NCBI GenBank assembly: GCA_026419515.1
Contig: JANZZG010000065.1
Location: 8,435-72,434 of the forward strand
Length of the DNA stretch: 64,000 nt
Direction: 5' to 3'
Source of the DNA: Methylophilaceae bacterium
GTDB taxonomy: Bacteria; Pseudomonadota; Gammaproteobacteria; Burkholderiales; Methylophilaceae
In this document: piece after piece, positions 1 to 11,237 of the stretch
Layout of the letters: each line of letters opens with the position of its first letter
Position numbering within the stretch: position 1 is the first letter of the stretch
The notes under the pieces: model-generated
The model's input: only the letters and a program-made list of their open reading frames with translations
Database searches by the model: none
Told to the model about the DNA's origin: nothing
Translations under genes and position numbers: made by a program

Positions 1-1093
1 CCCGAGGCACGTCTTCCATCACGACGCCGCCCACTGTAACCGGCTGATCATACGTGCCGGTGCGTGTCACGTTCGTCTCCCAGGCATGATTACTGACGGC
101 CAGGCTCGGGCGTGCTACCTTGACACCATTGCTGCTCAGACCGGTGGCCACCAGCGTAATACGCAAACTGTCGCCCAAGCTGTTGTCGAATACATTGCCG
201 AAATACACGGAGGCGTCTTCCGCCGTGAACTCCTTGATGGTGTTCATGACTTCGTAGAACTCATCCATCAAGAAAGAGTCTTCACTCGCCGAAATATTCA
301 CCAGTACACCACGCGCCCCCCTCAAGTTAACGTTTTCCAGGAAGGGGCTGTTGACTGCCTGGGTGGCGGCTTCACGCGCACGGTTTTCACCACTGGCGAC
401 GGCAGACCCCATCATCGCCATGCCATTCTCACTCATCACGGTGCGTACGTCTGCGAAATCCACGTTGACCATACCATAGCCATTGATGATTTCGGCAATA
501 CCGGATACCGCGCTATGCAACACGCCGTTGGCAGCACGGTAGGCTTCTTTGAGCGTGACGCGGCCACCCAATACCTGCATCAAGCGTTCATTGGGCACGA
601 TGAGCAGCGAATCGACATATTTCGTCAGCATCGCGATGCCATCTTCTGCCAACTGCTTACGGTTATTCTCGAAAGAAAAAGGTTTGGTCACCACTGCCAC
701 TGTCAGTACCCCGAGCTCTCGCGCCACTTCCGCCACGACTGGGGCCGCCCCGGTGCCAGTTCCCCCACCCATGCCCGCCGCGATGAACAGCATGTCCGCA
801 CCTTCGATGATTTCCGCGATGCGGTCACGATCCTCCAATGCAGCCTCCCGACCAATTTCAGGTTTCCCCCCTGCGCCTAGACCGCGTGTCAGGTTGGCAC
901 CCAGTTGCAGCTGGACATCGGCCCGGCTGCGGGAAAGCGCTCCCATGTCGGTATTGGCGCTGATGAATTCCACCCCGGTCACCCCCATGTCGATCATGTG
1001 CTCGATGGCGTTCCCACCACAGCCACCCACTCCCATGACCTTGATCACCGCTTTGTCGGCAGGACGATCCACCAGTTCAAAATCGAATCCCAT
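1..1093 (-). CDS. ftsZ: Cell division GTPase FtsZ. The N-terminus is at 1093 and the C-terminal end runs off the window.
   Basis: Reverse-strand translation from ATG 1093 reads MGFDFELVDRPADKAVIKVMGVGGCGGNAIEHM...AAGMGGGTGTGAAPVVAEVARE, which contains the tubulin signature GGGTGTG. It is absent from the ORF track because it is open at the window edge. It lies immediately downstream of ftsA. Confidence 0.95.
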   Translation of the reverse strand, partial: MGFDFELVDRPADKAVIKVMGVGGCGGNAIEHMIDMGVTGVEFISANTDMGALSRSRADVQLQLGANLTRGLGAGGKPEIGREAALEDRDRIAEIIEGADMLFIAAGMGGGTGTGAAPVVAEVARELGVLTVAVVTKPFSFENNRKQLAEDGIAMLTKYVDSLLIVPNERLMQVLGGRVTLKEAYRAANGVLHSAVSGIAEIINGYGMVNVDFADVRTVMSENGMAMMGSAVASGENRAREAATQAVNSPFLENVNLRGARGVLVNISASEDSFLMDEFYEVMNTIKEFTAEDASVYFGNVFDNSLGDSLRITLVATGLSSNGVKVARPSLAVSNHAWETNVTRTGTYDQPVTVGGVVMEDVPR

Positions 1094-1142
1094 TTTGCTT
1101 CCTCCTTGTCTATAAAAAACCAAAAACGAAACTACCCCGCAC

Positions 1143-2378
1143 CTAAAAGTTGCCAGCAAACCAGTTTTTCATACGTTCCCACACGCGTTCGAACGAACTG
1201 GATTCCAGTTGGGCCTGAAGCTGTCGCTCCAGCTGCTGCTTGCCCATCAGTACCAAACCCACTCCCGTGGAAAAACGAGGATCGCTGACCACCTCGGTCA
1301 ACCCCCCCACCTTGCCAGGCAAGCCCAGCCGCACTGGCATGTGCAAGACTTCCTCCCCCAGTTCCACCATACCACGCATATTGGCGGCCCCCCCGGTGAT
1401 GACGACCCCCGAAGCGATCATCTCTTCGAAGCCGCTACTGCGCAGCTCGGCTTGCACCATGCTGTAAATTTCTTCGGCGCGCGCCTCGATCACCTCGACG
1501 AGTGTCTGGTGCGAGAGTTGGCGTGGATCGCGCCCATCCACCCCGGGCACTTCGACGATTTCCTTGGGATTGGCCAGCTGTTGCAGGGCGCAACCGTGGG
1601 TGATCTTGATGTCTTCGGCATACTGGGTCGGCGTACGAAACGCGACCGCGATGTCATTGGTAATCTGGTCGCCAGCTACCGGAATGATGCCGGTATGGCG
1701 AATGGCGCCCTGTTTGAATATGGCGATATCGGTCGTGCCTCCGCCGATATCCACCAGACAGACACCCAGTTCTTTTTCGTCGTCGGTCAGCACCGCCATA
1801 CTGGAAGCCAGTGGTTGCAGCACCAAGTCGTTCACTTCCAGCCCGCAGCGCTTGACGCATTTGACGATGTTCTGCGCCGCGGCCACTGCTCCGGTGACGA
1901 TGTGCACCCTGACTTCCAGCCGCATGCCACTCATGCCGAGCGGCTCGCGGATGTCCTCCTGACCATCGATGATGAACTCCTGGGTCAGTACGTGCAAAAT
2001 TTGCTGGTCCGTCGGCAAGCTGATGGCCTGCGCCATTTCGATCACGCGATCGACATCCATTTGCGTGACTTCACCATCCTTGATCTTCACCACGCCATGA
2101 GAGTTGATGCTCTTGATATGGCTGCCCGCAATGCCGGCATAGACCGAGGTGATTTTGCAATCAGCCATTAGCTCGGCCTCTTCCAATGCACGCTGAATGG
2201 AAGCCACCGTCGAATCGATGTTGACCACTACCCCCCGCTTGAGTCCGCGAGACGGAGATTGGCCCAGCCCAATGATTTTGACGTCGCCTTCTGGCTGCAG
2301 CTCACCGACGATAGCCACGATCTTCGAAGTTCCGATGTCCAACCCGACGATCAGATTTTTCTGTTCTTTGCCTTTCAT
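1143..2378 (-). CDS. ftsA: Cell division protein FtsA (actin-like ATPase)
   Basis: 411-aa ORF starting MKGKEQKNLIVGLDIGTSKIVAIVGE, with DIGGGTTDIA. Position is between ftsQ and ftsZ. Confidence 0.95.
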   Translation of the reverse strand: MKGKEQKNLIVGLDIGTSKIVAIVGELQPEGDVKIIGLGQSPSRGLKRGVVVNIDSTVASIQRALEEAELMADCKITSVYAGIAGSHIKSINSHGVVKIKDGEVTQMDVDRVIEMAQAISLPTDQQILHVLTQEFIIDGQEDIREPLGMSGMRLEVRVHIVTGAVAAAQNIVKCVKRCGLEVNDLVLQPLASSMAVLTDDEKELGVCLVDIGGGTTDIAIFKQGAIRHTGIIPVAGDQITNDIAVAFRTPTQYAEDIKITHGCALQQLANPKEIVEVPGVDGRDPRQLSHQTLVEVIEARAEEIYSMVQAELRSSGFEEMIASGVVITGGAANMRGMVELGEEVLHMPVRLGLPGKVGGLTEVVSDPRFSTGVGLVLMGKQQLERQLQAQLESSSFERVWERMKNWFAGNF

Positions 2379-2414
2379 ACGATTGTTTCTCCCATCACGA
2401 GGCTTCCCCCTTTG

Positions 2415-3119
2415 TCAGCCCTGGGGCTTACGAACCGCGAAACCATTGGGATAACGCAGGTCGGCATAACGCACCTGCACGTTGAGCATCGCCAGCGTCT
2501 GCCCATACACCCTGGCAAACTTGGCGAGTCGTTCAGCCATTTTTTCTCGCCCCAGTTCGATCACCATTCCACTATCGGTCCCGATTTGCCAGGCACGACG
2601 TGGTGACAACGCCACCTGCGTCACTTTCATGCCGGTCGGCTTGAGCAGCTCGCTATAGATCCTGTAGTGTTCCGCCACTTCACGGACGCCATCGCCAGGG
2701 CCGTAAAACACCGGCAAGTCTTTGTCCGATGCGGCATGAAACAGCTCGCCATGGGTATTGACCAAGGCGATGTTGCCCCAGCGCGCCAGCTCACGATGCT
2801 CCTCGATCCATACTTCCAGCTTGTCTGGCCAACGCCGGCGCACGCTGACATTGCGCACCCAGGGCAGTTTCTGGAAAGCATCACGCGCTTTCACGAGATC
2901 GAGCGTGAAAAAATTGCCCTGCAAGTGACGGCCCACGATCAGGCGCAACTGTTCACGGTTGACATGCTGCAATTGCCCACTCACTTTGATTTCCTTCAAA
3001 GGGAAAATGGGCGAGTGGATCACCACGAACAGCACGCCATACAGCAGCAGCACTGCGGCCAGCGCATAAAGCAGGTTGGCAATCCATAGCATGACGGCAG
3101 GCTTATCCCACATCGGCAA
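2415..3119 (-). CDS. ftsQ: Cell division protein FtsQ
   Basis: 234-aa ORF with one N-terminal TM helix ([22 protein letters not shown]) followed by a POTRA-like region. Synteny is ddl-ftsQ-ftsA. The start could be 3113. Confidence 0.85.
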   Translation of the reverse strand: MPMWDKPAVMLWIANLLYALAAVLLLYGVLFVVIHSPIFPLKEIKVSGQLQHVNREQLRLIVGRHLQGNFFTLDLVKARDAFQKLPWVRNVSVRRRWPDKLEVWIEEHRELARWGNIALVNTHGELFHAASDKDLPVFYGPGDGVREVAEHYRIYSELLKPTGMKVTQVALSPRRAWQIGTDSGMVIELGREKMAERLAKFARVYGQTLAMLNVQVRYADLRYPNGFAVRKPQG

Positions 3120-4011
3120 GCTCCAGGATTCTCAACACCAGTTGATCGAACTCCATTCCGGCGGCACGAGCGGCCATCGGCACCAGGCTGTGGTCGGTCA
3201 TGCCAGGCGCAGTGTTGACTTCCAGGAAATAATGCTGGCCGGTTTCGTCCATCAGGAAATCGATGCGCCCCCAACCTCGACCTCCCAATATCCGAAACGC
3301 GTGTAACGCTTCAGCCTGAATACGGGCTTCGACCTCGGCCGGCAGCCCGCATGGACATAGATACTGGGTATCGTCACGCAGGTATTTGGCCTCGTAGTCA
3401 TAGAATTCCTTGGCAGGCACGATGCGGATGATGGGCAGTGCGGTGTCGCCCAGGATGCCCACCGTATATTCGCCGCCACCTACGAACTGCTCCGCCAACA
3501 CCAAAGCATCATGACGGGCGGCTTCTTCATACGCCGGGCGCAGGCCACCGGCATGCTTGACTTTACTGATGCCGATGCTGGATCCCTCGTTGGCTGGTTT
3601 GACGAAAAGCGGTAAACCGAGACGCTGTTCCAACGCAGCGAAGTCGCTCGTTGCCTCGATCCGCTCGAAGTGCGGTGTAGGAAGGCCCGCCGCCAGCCAC
3701 AACAGCTTGGTGCGCCACTTGTCCATGCCGAGCGACGAAGCCATCACGCCGCTGCCGGTATAGGGAATCCCCATCCATTCGAGCACTCCCTGGATTGTGC
3801 CGTCCTCGCCATAGCGGCCATGCAGTGCGATGAAGGCGCGATCGAATTCTTTCAAGGCATGCAGCGACCGCTCCGCCGGATCGAAACCCTGTGCGTCCAC
3901 TCCCTGCCTGCGCAAGGCCGCCAGGACCGCGCTGCCACTTTTCAACGAAACTTCACGCTCGGCGGATTTCCCCCCGAGCAGCACCGCGACTTTGCCAAAG
4001 TGCGCGCTCAT
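3103..4011 (-). CDS. ddl: D-alanine--D-alanine ligase
   Basis: 302-aa [29 protein letters not shown]... ending with EVNTAPGMT (ATP-grasp). ATGA overlap with the murB stop. Confidence 0.95.
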   Translation of the reverse strand: MSAHFGKVAVLLGGKSAEREVSLKSGSAVLAALRRQGVDAQGFDPAERSLHALKEFDRAFIALHGRYGEDGTIQGVLEWMGIPYTGSGVMASSLGMDKWRTKLLWLAAGLPTPHFERIEATSDFAALEQRLGLPLFVKPANEGSSIGISKVKHAGGLRPAYEEAARHDALVLAEQFVGGGEYTVGILGDTALPIIRIVPAKEFYDYEAKYLRDDTQYLCPCGLPAEVEARIQAEALHAFRILGGRGWGRIDFLMDETGQHYFLEVNTAPGMTDHSLVPMAARAAGMEFDQLVLRILELADVG

Positions 4012-4886
4012 GCTGCTTCTCCGATGATGCGTACTTCCCGCTGCAGTGCTACGCCGGTTTGTCGCAACACCTCGGCCTGTATATGAGCGATCAACGCCTC
4101 GATATCCTTTGCCGTCGCCGTACCGGTGTTAACGATGAAATTGGCGTGCTTGGGTGAGACTTCGGCCCCACCGATACGGTATCCTTTCAGCCCGCAGGAT
4201 TGGATCAGGCGCGCGGCATGGTCCCCTTCAGGGTTGCGAAACACCGACCCGGCATTGGGCAGATGCAGCGGCTGGGTCTGCAGGCGCTTGGCCAGCAATT
4301 CCTTGATCTTCGCTTCTGCTTCTGTGGCCTTTCCAGCGGGCAGCTCGAACCAGGCGGCAACGAACCATTCTTCCCTTGGCAAGCTGACATGGCGGTAGCC
4401 GATTTCCAGATCCACCTGACTGCGCTGATGGAAGATGCCGCGACGGTCGATGGTGATCACTTGACGCACCACATCCCAGGTTTCGTTCCCGTAGCAGCCG
4501 GCATTCATCGCCAATGCGCCCCCTACCGTTCCGGGAATTCCGGCAAAAAATTCGGCGCCGTGGCGATGCTGCCTGGCCGCGAAACGCGCCAGCTTGGCGC
4601 AGGTCACGCCTGCCTCGGCATAAATACGATCACCCTCCATGCGCAGTGTGTTCAGAGCGCTGCCATGCAACAGGATGACCGTTCCGCGCACCCCACCGTC
4701 CCTGACCAATAAATTGCTCCCCAAGCCGACGAAATGCACCGGCTCCCCATGCGGCAAACCGGCCAGGAAATGAGCGAGATCCTCTCCATCCCCAGGGATG
4801 TACAAGCGATCGGCGGCCCCCCCTACTCGCCAGCTGGTGTGACGACTCATGGGTTCATTGAGCAGCAATCTGCCTTTCCCACTCAT
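4008..4886 (-). CDS. murB: UDP-N-acetylenolpyruvoylglucosamine reductase
   Basis: 292-aa ORF with an FAD-binding MurB-type N-terminus ([29 protein letters not shown]). Lies in the dcw cluster. Confidence 0.9.
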   Translation of the reverse strand: MSGKGRLLLNEPMSRHTSWRVGGAADRLYIPGDGEDLAHFLAGLPHGEPVHFVGLGSNLLVRDGGVRGTVILLHGSALNTLRMEGDRIYAEAGVTCAKLARFAARQHRHGAEFFAGIPGTVGGALAMNAGCYGNETWDVVRQVITIDRRGIFHQRSQVDLEIGYRHVSLPREEWFVAAWFELPAGKATEAEAKIKELLAKRLQTQPLHLPNAGSVFRNPEGDHAARLIQSCGLKGYRIGGAEVSPKHANFIVNTGTATAKDIEALIAHIQAEVLRQTGVALQREVRIIGEAA

Positions 4887-6277
4887 TGGGCAAGTTCCCT
4901 GGTTTTGGCGGCGACTTGTCCGATGGACCCCGCCCCCATGACGATCACCACATCGCCGTCGCGCGCTTCGTCGAGGATGGCGGCGGGCATCTCGGCGGTG
5001 GTTTCCACGAAGCGTGGTTCGACCTTGCCAGCCACCCGCACACCGCGCGCCAGGCTACGGCCATCGGCCGCCACGATGGGCGCTTCGCCCGCTGGATAGA
5101 CTTCGGTCAGAATCAGCGCATCGGCCTCGGACAGGACCCGCACGAAATCCTCGAAGCAGTCGCGTGTCCGTGTATAACGATGCGGCTGGAACGCCAGCAC
5201 CAATCTTCGATGAGGAAACGCGCCATGGGCGGCATTGATCACAGCCTGGATTTCTGCCGGATGGTGGCCGTAGTCGTCGATCAGGGTGAAGGTACCGCCA
5301 TTTCTGGCCGGAATCTCGCCATAGCATTCGAACCGCCGGCCCACTCCCTTGAATTCTGCAAGCGCCTTGATGATGGCGGCATCTGGCACGTTGAGTTCAT
5401 TGGCTACAGCGATGGCCGCCAAAGCATTCTGCACGTAATGGGTGCCGGGCAGGTTGAGCATCACGTCGAATTCGGTGACGCTGCCATTAAAGCGTTGCAG
5501 CGTAAATCGCATACGCCGGCCCTCGGCACGCACGTCCCGGGCACGGATGGCGGCTTCCTCGCTGAATCCATACAACGTCACGGGCTTGGTCACGCTCGGT
5601 AGAATGGCCCGCACGTTGGGGTCGTCCACACATAAAATGGCACGTCCCCAGAAAGGCAGGCACTGCAAGAATTCCACGAAGGTGCTTTTGAGCCGCTCGA
5701 AATCATGCCCATAGGTATCCATGTGATCCTGGTCGATGTTGGTCACCACCGAGATCACCGGAGACAGGTGCAGGAAGGAGGCATCGGACTCATCCGCTTC
5801 AACCACGATGTACTCACCGCTGCCCAGCCTGGCGTTGCTGCCCGCGGCCTCCAGTCGCCCCCCGATGACGAAAGTCGGGTCCAGGCCGGCCTCGGCCAAA
5901 ATGCTGGCGATCAGACTGGTCGTCGTCGTCTTGCCGTGGGTGCCGGCCACCGCGATCCCCTGCCGAAAACGCATCAATTCCGCCAACATCATGGCACGCG
6001 GCACGACAGGAATTTTTTTCTCCCGTGCAGCAACGATTTCGGGATTGCGTTCATCCACCGCGCTAGACATCACCACCACATCGGCTTCCCCAAGATGTTC
6101 GGCGGCATGGCCTTGATAAAGCCGCGCGCCCATAGCGGCCAACCGACGGGTCACGGCATTGTCCGCGAGATCGGAACCAGTCACCATGAACCCCAGATTG
6201 AGCAACACTTCAGCAATCCCGCTCATGCCAGAGCCGCCTATCCCCACGAAATGAATCCACCTGACCTTGTGTTTCAT
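4883..6277 (-). CDS. murC: UDP-N-acetylmuramate--L-alanine ligase
   Basis: The ORF-track entry 4883..6433 has an implausible 52-aa extension overlapping murG. The internal start [25 protein letters not shown] at 6277 gives an ATGA overlap with the murG stop and a typical MurC N-terminus. Confidence 0.9.
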   Translation of the reverse strand: MKHKVRWIHFVGIGGSGMSGIAEVLLNLGFMVTGSDLADNAVTRRLAAMGARLYQGHAAEHLGEADVVVMSSAVDERNPEIVAAREKKIPVVPRAMMLAELMRFRQGIAVAGTHGKTTTTSLIASILAEAGLDPTFVIGGRLEAAGSNARLGSGEYIVVEADESDASFLHLSPVISVVTNIDQDHMDTYGHDFERLKSTFVEFLQCLPFWGRAILCVDDPNVRAILPSVTKPVTLYGFSEEAAIRARDVRAEGRRMRFTLQRFNGSVTEFDVMLNLPGTHYVQNALAAIAVANELNVPDAAIIKALAEFKGVGRRFECYGEIPARNGGTFTLIDDYGHHPAEIQAVINAAHGAFPHRRLVLAFQPHRYTRTRDCFEDFVRVLSEADALILTEVYPAGEAPIVAADGRSLARGVRVAGKVEPRFVETTAEMPAAILDEARDGDVVIVMGAGSIGQVAAKTRELAQ

Positions 6278-7332
6278 GCCACCTCCATGCAAATGCGGGC
6301 CACGGTCAGGGTCGCTTCCGGTTTGCCGAGCGCACGCGCTTTCTCCGCCATTTCCTGCAAAGTGGAACGCGTCAGTCCGGACAGCATCGCACACAGCCGC
6401 TGGGGGGTGAGTTCGGGTTGGAGGACCAGCCATGCCGCGCCCTTATCCGCCAGATAGCGTGCGTTTTGGGTCTGATGGTCATCTACCGCGTGCGGGAACG
6501 GCACCAGAATGCTAGCCACGCCGGCCGCCGCGATTTCGGCAATAGTCAACGCCCCGGCACGACAGATGACCAAATCGCACCACGCATATTTGTCGGCGAT
6601 GTCTTCGATGAAAGCGCGTGCTTCTGCCTCCACGCCGATACGCTGATAGCGCTCTCTTAGCGCCGTGATGTGCTGACTTCCAGCCTGGTGGATGACACGC
6701 GGTCGGCTCCCCACCGGCATCAAGGCCAAGGCTTGGGGGACGATTACGTTTAGCACCTCTGCCCCCAGACTGCCCCCCACCACCAGCAGGCGCAACGGGC
6801 CACTACGTCCGAAAAAGCGTTCATCAGGCGGCGCAATGGCGGTGATTTCAGTACGTACCGGATTGCCGGTCAGTTCGGCCTTCGTTCCAAAAGCCGAAGG
6901 GAACGCCGCCAGTACGCGTGTTGCCAGTATCGACAGTACCCGATTGGTCAACCCAGCAACGGAATTCTGTTCGTGGATGATCAAAGGCCGACACATCAGA
7001 CGTGCCATAACGCCACCAGGAAAAGCCGCAAATCCCCCCATGCCCAGCACGACATCTGGACGATGAACACGCATGGCACGACCGGCTTCGAAACAGGCAC
7101 GTAGCAAGCGCAGCGGCAGCAGCAGCCAGCGCAACAGCCCCTTGCCACGCACACCCTGCATGTGGATCGTAGCCACACGATAGGGTTTGCCAGCGATCAG
7201 CCGGTTTTCCATGCCCCCTTCGGTGGCCAACCAGACGATGTTCCAGCCCCGATCCACCAGTACATCGGCGACCGCCATCGCCGGATAGACGTGCCCCCCA
7301 GTACCACCAGCCATGACCATCAGCGTGCTCAT
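6274..7332 (-). CDS. murG: Lipid II synthase MurG (UDP-GlcNAc transferase)
   Basis: 352-aa [26 protein letters not shown], which contains the MurG G-loop. dcw synteny. Confidence 0.95.
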   Translation of the reverse strand: MSTLMVMAGGTGGHVYPAMAVADVLVDRGWNIVWLATEGGMENRLIAGKPYRVATIHMQGVRGKGLLRWLLLPLRLLRACFEAGRAMRVHRPDVVLGMGGFAAFPGGVMARLMCRPLIIHEQNSVAGLTNRVLSILATRVLAAFPSAFGTKAELTGNPVRTEITAIAPPDERFFGRSGPLRLLVVGGSLGAEVLNVIVPQALALMPVGSRPRVIHQAGSQHITALRERYQRIGVEAEARAFIEDIADKYAWCDLVICRAGALTIAEIAAAGVASILVPFPHAVDDHQTQNARYLADKGAAWLVLQPELTPQRLCAMLSGLTRSTLQEMAEKARALGKPEATLTVARICMEVA

Positions 7333-7391
7333 GCAGGCATCCCCTTCCAGCCGTTACAGATAAACCTTGCTGAACACTGCATCGTTGTCAT
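7329..7391 (-). CDS. Candidate 20-aa mini-ORF ([20 protein letters not shown]). Its start overlaps the upstream mini-ORF stop and its stop overlaps the murG start, both as ATGA.
   Basis: Hand translation of the minus strand. The ATG is at 7391-7389 and the TGA at 7331-7329; murG ATG is at 7332-7330. The last 5 codons copy the FtsW C-terminus (KGMPV/A). There is no evidence of expression. Confidence 0.3.
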   Translation of the reverse strand: MTTMQCSARFICNGWKGMPA

Positions 7392-7531
7392 GCAGGCATC
7401 CCCTTGGCGAGTCGGCGATTTTGGCTCCGGCCGCCGCTACGCTGCTTCACTTGCTCCCGCAACTGAGCCTGCGCCGAAATCGCCGACCAGACGTAACAAA
7501 TAAACCCTGCTGAACACTGCATCGTTGTCAT
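7388..7531 (-). CDS. Candidate 47-aa mini-ORF ([47 protein letters not shown]), chained by ATGA to the ftsW stop and to the next mini-ORF.
   Basis: Hand translation. The ATG at 7531-7529 overlaps the ftsW TGA at 7530-7528, and there is no internal stop across 47 codons. The C-terminal 9 residues NRRLAKGMP are identical to those preceding the final residue of FtsW (...[12 protein letters not shown]); the mini-ORF ends in A, FtsW in V. Confidence 0.3.
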   Translation of the reverse strand: MTTMQCSAGFICYVWSAISAQAQLREQVKQRSGGRSQNRRLAKGMPA

Positions 7532-8694
7532 ACAGGCATCCCCTTGGCGAGTCGGCGATTTTCCCAATCGATTCTGAGCAGGATTGCCAGCGCGACACAG
7601 TTGGCAACGATGCCGCTGCCCCCGTAGGAGAGCAACGGCAATGTCAGCCCTTTGGTGGGGAGAATGCCCATGTTGACGCCCATGTTGATGATGGCCTGCA
7701 CCCCCAGCCAGACCCCGATGCCTTGGGCGAGCAGTGCCGAAAAATAGCGCTCATGGAGCACCGCCTCTTTGGCAATGCCAAAAGCACGCATCACCATCCA
7801 GCCAAACAGCATCACGACCGTACATACTCCGACAAACCCGAGTTCTTCGGCGATGACGGCCAAGAGAAAGTCCGTATGCGCCTCCGGCAAATACAGCAAC
7901 TTTTCGACGCTGGCCCCCAACCCGACACCGAACCACTCGCCACGGCCAAAGGCGATCAGCGCATGTGACAATTGGTAACCCTTACCGAATGGGTCGGCCC
8001 AAGGATCCATGAAGCCTGTGATGCGTTGCAAACGATAAGGCGAACTCCAGATCAGCAAAACGAACCCAACCACCAGCAAAACCAGCAAACCGCCAAAAAT
8101 GCGGATATTGATCCCGCCCAGCCATAGAATGGACACCGCGATCGCGGCAATCACGGCGAAGGCACCGAAATCGGGCTCCCGCAACAGCAGACCACCCACC
8201 AGCAGCATCACTGCCAGCATGGGCAGAAAACCCTTGGTAAAGCTATCCATCTGCGCCGCCTTGCGAACCGTGTAGTCCGCCACATACATGGCCACGAACA
8301 ACTTCATCAGTTCCGAAGGTTGTAATGTGATGAAAAAAAAGGAGATCCAGCGCCGGCTGCCATTGACTTCCCGACCAATCCCCGGAATCAGTACCAAAAC
8401 GAGTAAGGCGATGCCGATCAGGAACAGATAGGGCGCGATTTTCTGCCAGATGCGCGTCGGCACCTGAAAAGCCACCATCGCCGCGACGAAACTGACGCCC
8501 AGGTAAGCGGCATGGCGTATCAGATAATACGTGCTCTGGTGACCCGTCGCCTTGTCCGCTTCCGCCAGCGCGATGGAGGCGGAATACACCATCACCAGAC
8601 CGAACCCCAGCAACATCAGGGCAACCCATAACAATCCCTGGTCATAGGCTGGTGCAGTCAAACGTTCTTTGCGCGCCAGCATCGTGAGCGTCAT
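7528..8694 (-). CDS. ftsW: Peptidoglycan glycosyltransferase FtsW (SEDS family)
   Basis: The start was chosen at [12 protein letters not shown] (8694) because it makes an ATGA overlap with the murD stop; the ORF-track start 8784 overlaps murD. Polytopic membrane protein ending [29 protein letters not shown]. Confidence 0.9.
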   Translation of the reverse strand: MTLTMLARKERLTAPAYDQGLLWVALMLLGFGLVMVYSASIALAEADKATGHQSTYYLIRHAAYLGVSFVAAMVAFQVPTRIWQKIAPYLFLIGIALLVLVLIPGIGREVNGSRRWISFFFITLQPSELMKLFVAMYVADYTVRKAAQMDSFTKGFLPMLAVMLLVGGLLLREPDFGAFAVIAAIAVSILWLGGINIRIFGGLLVLLVVGFVLLIWSSPYRLQRITGFMDPWADPFGKGYQLSHALIAFGRGEWFGVGLGASVEKLLYLPEAHTDFLLAVIAEELGFVGVCTVVMLFGWMVMRAFGIAKEAVLHERYFSALLAQGIGVWLGVQAIINMGVNMGILPTKGLTLPLLSYGGSGIVANCVALAILLRIDWENRRLAKGMPV

Positions 8695-10055
8695 GTCCGC
8701 CCCTTTTCCGGCAAAGCCAGGACTGCATCGACGAATACTTGGGCACGGTGTGCATAGTTGCGAAACATGTCCCAACTCGCACACGCCGGTGAAAGCAACA
8801 CGGCATCCCCCGGCAATGCCACGGCATAGGCCTGCCGCACCGCATCTTCCAGCGTGGCCGATTGCAGCAACGGCACACCACAGCCATCCAGCACCCGGCC
8901 AATTTGCGGACCATCACGCCCAATGAGCACCACGGCCCGCGCATTTGTTTTCACCGCTTGGCGGAGCGGCGAAAAATCCTGTCCCTTGCCATCCCCACCC
9001 GCGATCAACACCACTTTTTGCGAGAGCCCATTAAGCGCAGCACAGGTCGCACCCACATTGGTCCCCTTGGAGTCGTCGTAGAATGCGACCCCGCCTTTTT
9101 CTGCCACCCACTCCACACGGTGTGGCAACCCCTTGAAGTCACGTAACGCTTGCAGCAACGGGGTATATTCCAACCCAATGGCCCGACAGAGTGCCAATGC
9201 GGCCAAAGCGTTGGCGGCGTTGTGCCTGCCGGCAATCCGCATGTCTGCCGCATTGATCAGTTCGGTACTCCCTTGCGCCAGCCAGGTATGACCATTGCGT
9301 TCGATCAAACCGAAATCGTTGTGGGAGGGCGGCGCATCCAGACCAAAACTGACTTTATGCCTGCCCGGCAATGCCATGCTGCGACTCCAGGCATCGTTAC
9401 GATTCAGGACTTGTACCCCGTGACCATGAAAAATGCGTGCCTTGGCAGCCGCATATGCCGCCATGTCGGCATATCGGTCCATGTGATCCTCGGTCAGGTT
9501 GAGCACCGTAGCGGCATCCGCATCGAGCGATGCGGTGGTTTCCAGCTGAAAGCTCGACAGTTCCAGCACATAGACATCCGGACAATCTTGTTGCAACGTG
9601 TCGAGTACTGGCAGACCGATATTGCCCGCGACTATGGTATGGAGCCCAGCCGCCTTGCACATTTCTCCCGTCAGGGCCGTCACCGTGCTCTTGCCATTGG
9701 ATCCAGTCACAGCAAGTACTTTGGCATGGCCCGGTTTGTACTGTGCGAACAGTTCGACATCGCCCACCACTGGAATCCCGCGCGCCATCGCGGACCGCAC
9801 CTCGGGCTCGGCGAGCGGCACACCGGGGCTCGTTACGACGAGATCCATGCCATCGAATATCTCACGGCGAAAAGGTCCTAGGACAATACCGACCTCGGGA
9901 AGCTCGGCCTGGACAGAAGCCAGCGCCGGTGGGGCATCACGCGTATCGGCAGCAGTAAGGCGGGCGCCACGACCATGTAGCCAGCGTAACACCGACAGGC
10001 CGGTATCCCCCAGCCCCAGCACCAGTATTCGCTTACCCTCGAGTTCCAGTTTCAT
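8691..10055 (-). CDS. murD: UDP-N-acetylmuramoylalanine--D-glutamate ligase
   Basis: 454-aa [24 protein letters not shown]... with [10 protein letters not shown] (Mur ligase P-loop). dcw synteny. Confidence 0.95.
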   Translation of the reverse strand: MKLELEGKRILVLGLGDTGLSVLRWLHGRGARLTAADTRDAPPALASVQAELPEVGIVLGPFRREIFDGMDLVVTSPGVPLAEPEVRSAMARGIPVVGDVELFAQYKPGHAKVLAVTGSNGKSTVTALTGEMCKAAGLHTIVAGNIGLPVLDTLQQDCPDVYVLELSSFQLETTASLDADAATVLNLTEDHMDRYADMAAYAAAKARIFHGHGVQVLNRNDAWSRSMALPGRHKVSFGLDAPPSHNDFGLIERNGHTWLAQGSTELINAADMRIAGRHNAANALAALALCRAIGLEYTPLLQALRDFKGLPHRVEWVAEKGGVAFYDDSKGTNVGATCAALNGLSQKVVLIAGGDGKGQDFSPLRQAVKTNARAVVLIGRDGPQIGRVLDGCGVPLLQSATLEDAVRQAYAVALPGDAVLLSPACASWDMFRNYAHRAQVFVDAVLALPEKGRT

Positions 10056-10062
10056 CTCGACT

Positions 10063-10131
10063 TCACTTCAATGCCGAAAGCCCAACCAACACCATGGTGA
10101 TGGTCCAAAACCTGGTGCGGTTTTTGCGCAT
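10063..10131 (-). CDS. Candidate 22-aa hydrophobic mini-ORF (MRKNRTRFWTITMVLVGLSALK) derived from a duplicated MraY C-terminal helix
   Basis: The ATG at 10131-10129 lies 2 nt after the mraY TGA (10136-10134). The stop at 10065-10063 lies 7 nt before the murD ATG (10055). Nucleotide alignment to the mraY 3' end (..[20 protein letters not shown]) is roughly 85% identical with one 6-nt gap. Confidence 0.3.
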   Translation of the reverse strand: MRKNRTRFWTITMVLVGLSALK

Positions 10132-10133
10132 AT

Positions 10134-11237
10134 TCACCTCAACTTCAGTGTCGAAAGCCCAATCAACACCAACATCATGGTGATGATCCAAAACCGCACC
10201 ACCACCTGCGTTTCTTTCCATCCTTTTTGCTCGAAATGGTGATGGAGAGGCGCCATCAGAAAAATACGCCGACCTTCCCCATACTTTTTCTTGGTGTAGC
10301 GAAAATAGGCGACCTGCGCTGCCACCGACAGCGTTTCCATGACGAAAACCCCCCCCATGATGAACAAGACGATCTCCTGGCGCACGATCACCGCGACCAC
10401 CCCCAAGGCGGCACCCAGCGCCAATGCGCCGACATCCCCCATGAACACTTCGGCCGGATAGGCGTTGAACCACAAAAAACCCAGCCCCGCGCCTGCCATC
10501 GCAGTGCAGAACACCGTCAGTTCCCCCGCCCCCGGGATGTAAGGGATGCCCAAATATTTGGAGAAGTACATATGCCCTGCGGCATAAGCGAACACCGCCA
10601 GCGCACTCGCCACCAGCACGGTCGGCATGATGGCCAGCCCATCCAGCCCGTCGGTCAGGTTGACCGCGTTGCTGCTGCCCACAATGACGAAATAGGTCAG
10701 CACGATGAAGCTCACCGCGCCAAGGGGAAACACCCAATGTTTGAAAAACGGCACGATCAGCTCGGTATGGGCCGGCAGGCTAGCTATGTGCCACAAATAG
10801 AGCGCTGCCCCGAAGCCGACCACCGACTGCCAGAAATATTTTTCCTTGGCCGACAATCCCTTGGGGTTGCGATGGACTACCTTGCGCCAGTCATCCACCC
10901 AGCCGATGACACCGAAACCCAGCGTCACGATCAGTACCACCCACACATACCGGTTGGAAAGATCTGCCCACAACAATGTCGATACCGCGATCGCCACCAG
11001 GATCAGCGCTCCACCCATGGTGGGCGTGCCGGCCTTGACCAGATGGGTCTGTGGCCCGTCATCACGCACCGCCTGGCCCACTTTGTATTCGGTCAGCTTG
11101 CGGATCATGGCCGGACCGACCAAAAAGGAGATCACCAGCGCCGTCAGCGTTGCCAGTACCGCGCGCAGCGTGATGTAGTTGAATACGTTGAAGGCATGGA
11201 TATCGTGCGCCAGCCAGCGCGCCAGCATCAGCAGCAT
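10134..11237 (-). CDS. mraY: Phospho-N-acetylmuramoyl-pentapeptide transferase
   Basis: 367-aa polytopic ORF with [13 protein letters not shown] and [11 protein letters not shown] motifs. Confidence 0.95.
   Translation of the reverse strand: MLLMLARWLAHDIHAFNVFNYITLRAVLATLTALVISFLVGPAMIRKLTEYKVGQAVRDDGPQTHLVKAGTPTMGGALILVAIAVSTLLWADLSNRYVWVVLIVTLGFGVIGWVDDWRKVVHRNPKGLSAKEKYFWQSVVGFGAALYLWHIASLPAHTELIVPFFKHWVFPLGAVSFIVLTYFVIVGSSNAVNLTDGLDGLAIMPTVLVASALAVFAYAAGHMYFSKYLGIPYIPGAGELTVFCTAMAGAGLGFLWFNAYPAEVFMGDVGALALGAALGVVAVIVRQEIVLFIMGGVFVMETLSVAAQVAYFRYTKKKYGEGRRIFLMAPLHHHFEQKGWKETQVVVRFWIITMMLVLIGLSTLKLR

Larger units (their letters stand above)
7329..7562 (-). repeat. Direct repeats duplicating the ftsW 3' end and the ftsW/murG junction
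   Basis: 7360-7422 versus 7500-7562 match at 61 of 63 positions. A looser match extends to 7347/7487. The 18-mer tcatgcaggcatcccctt occurs at 7329 and 7388, with a 1-mismatch copy at 7528. An 11-bp inverted repeat GTCGGCGATTT/AAATCGCCGAC (about 7411-7421 and 7476-7486) brackets the unique roughly 65-nt insert. Confidence 0.9.

Noticed and set aside
6278-6433. N-terminal extensions in the ORF track. Affected ORFs are murC 516 aa, ftsI 617 aa, ftsW 418 aa, mraZ 189 aa, hisH 271 aa, hisA 287 aa, mobA 294 aa, mlaE 285 aa, tatA 98 aa, rpmE 92 aa, aorA 209 aa and the SoxYZ-like protein 281 aa.
   Set aside because: The extensions overlap the upstream gene or the promoter. Internal starts give canonical family N-termini and, in most cases, ATGA/TGATG coupling or a good Shine-Dalgarno sequence.
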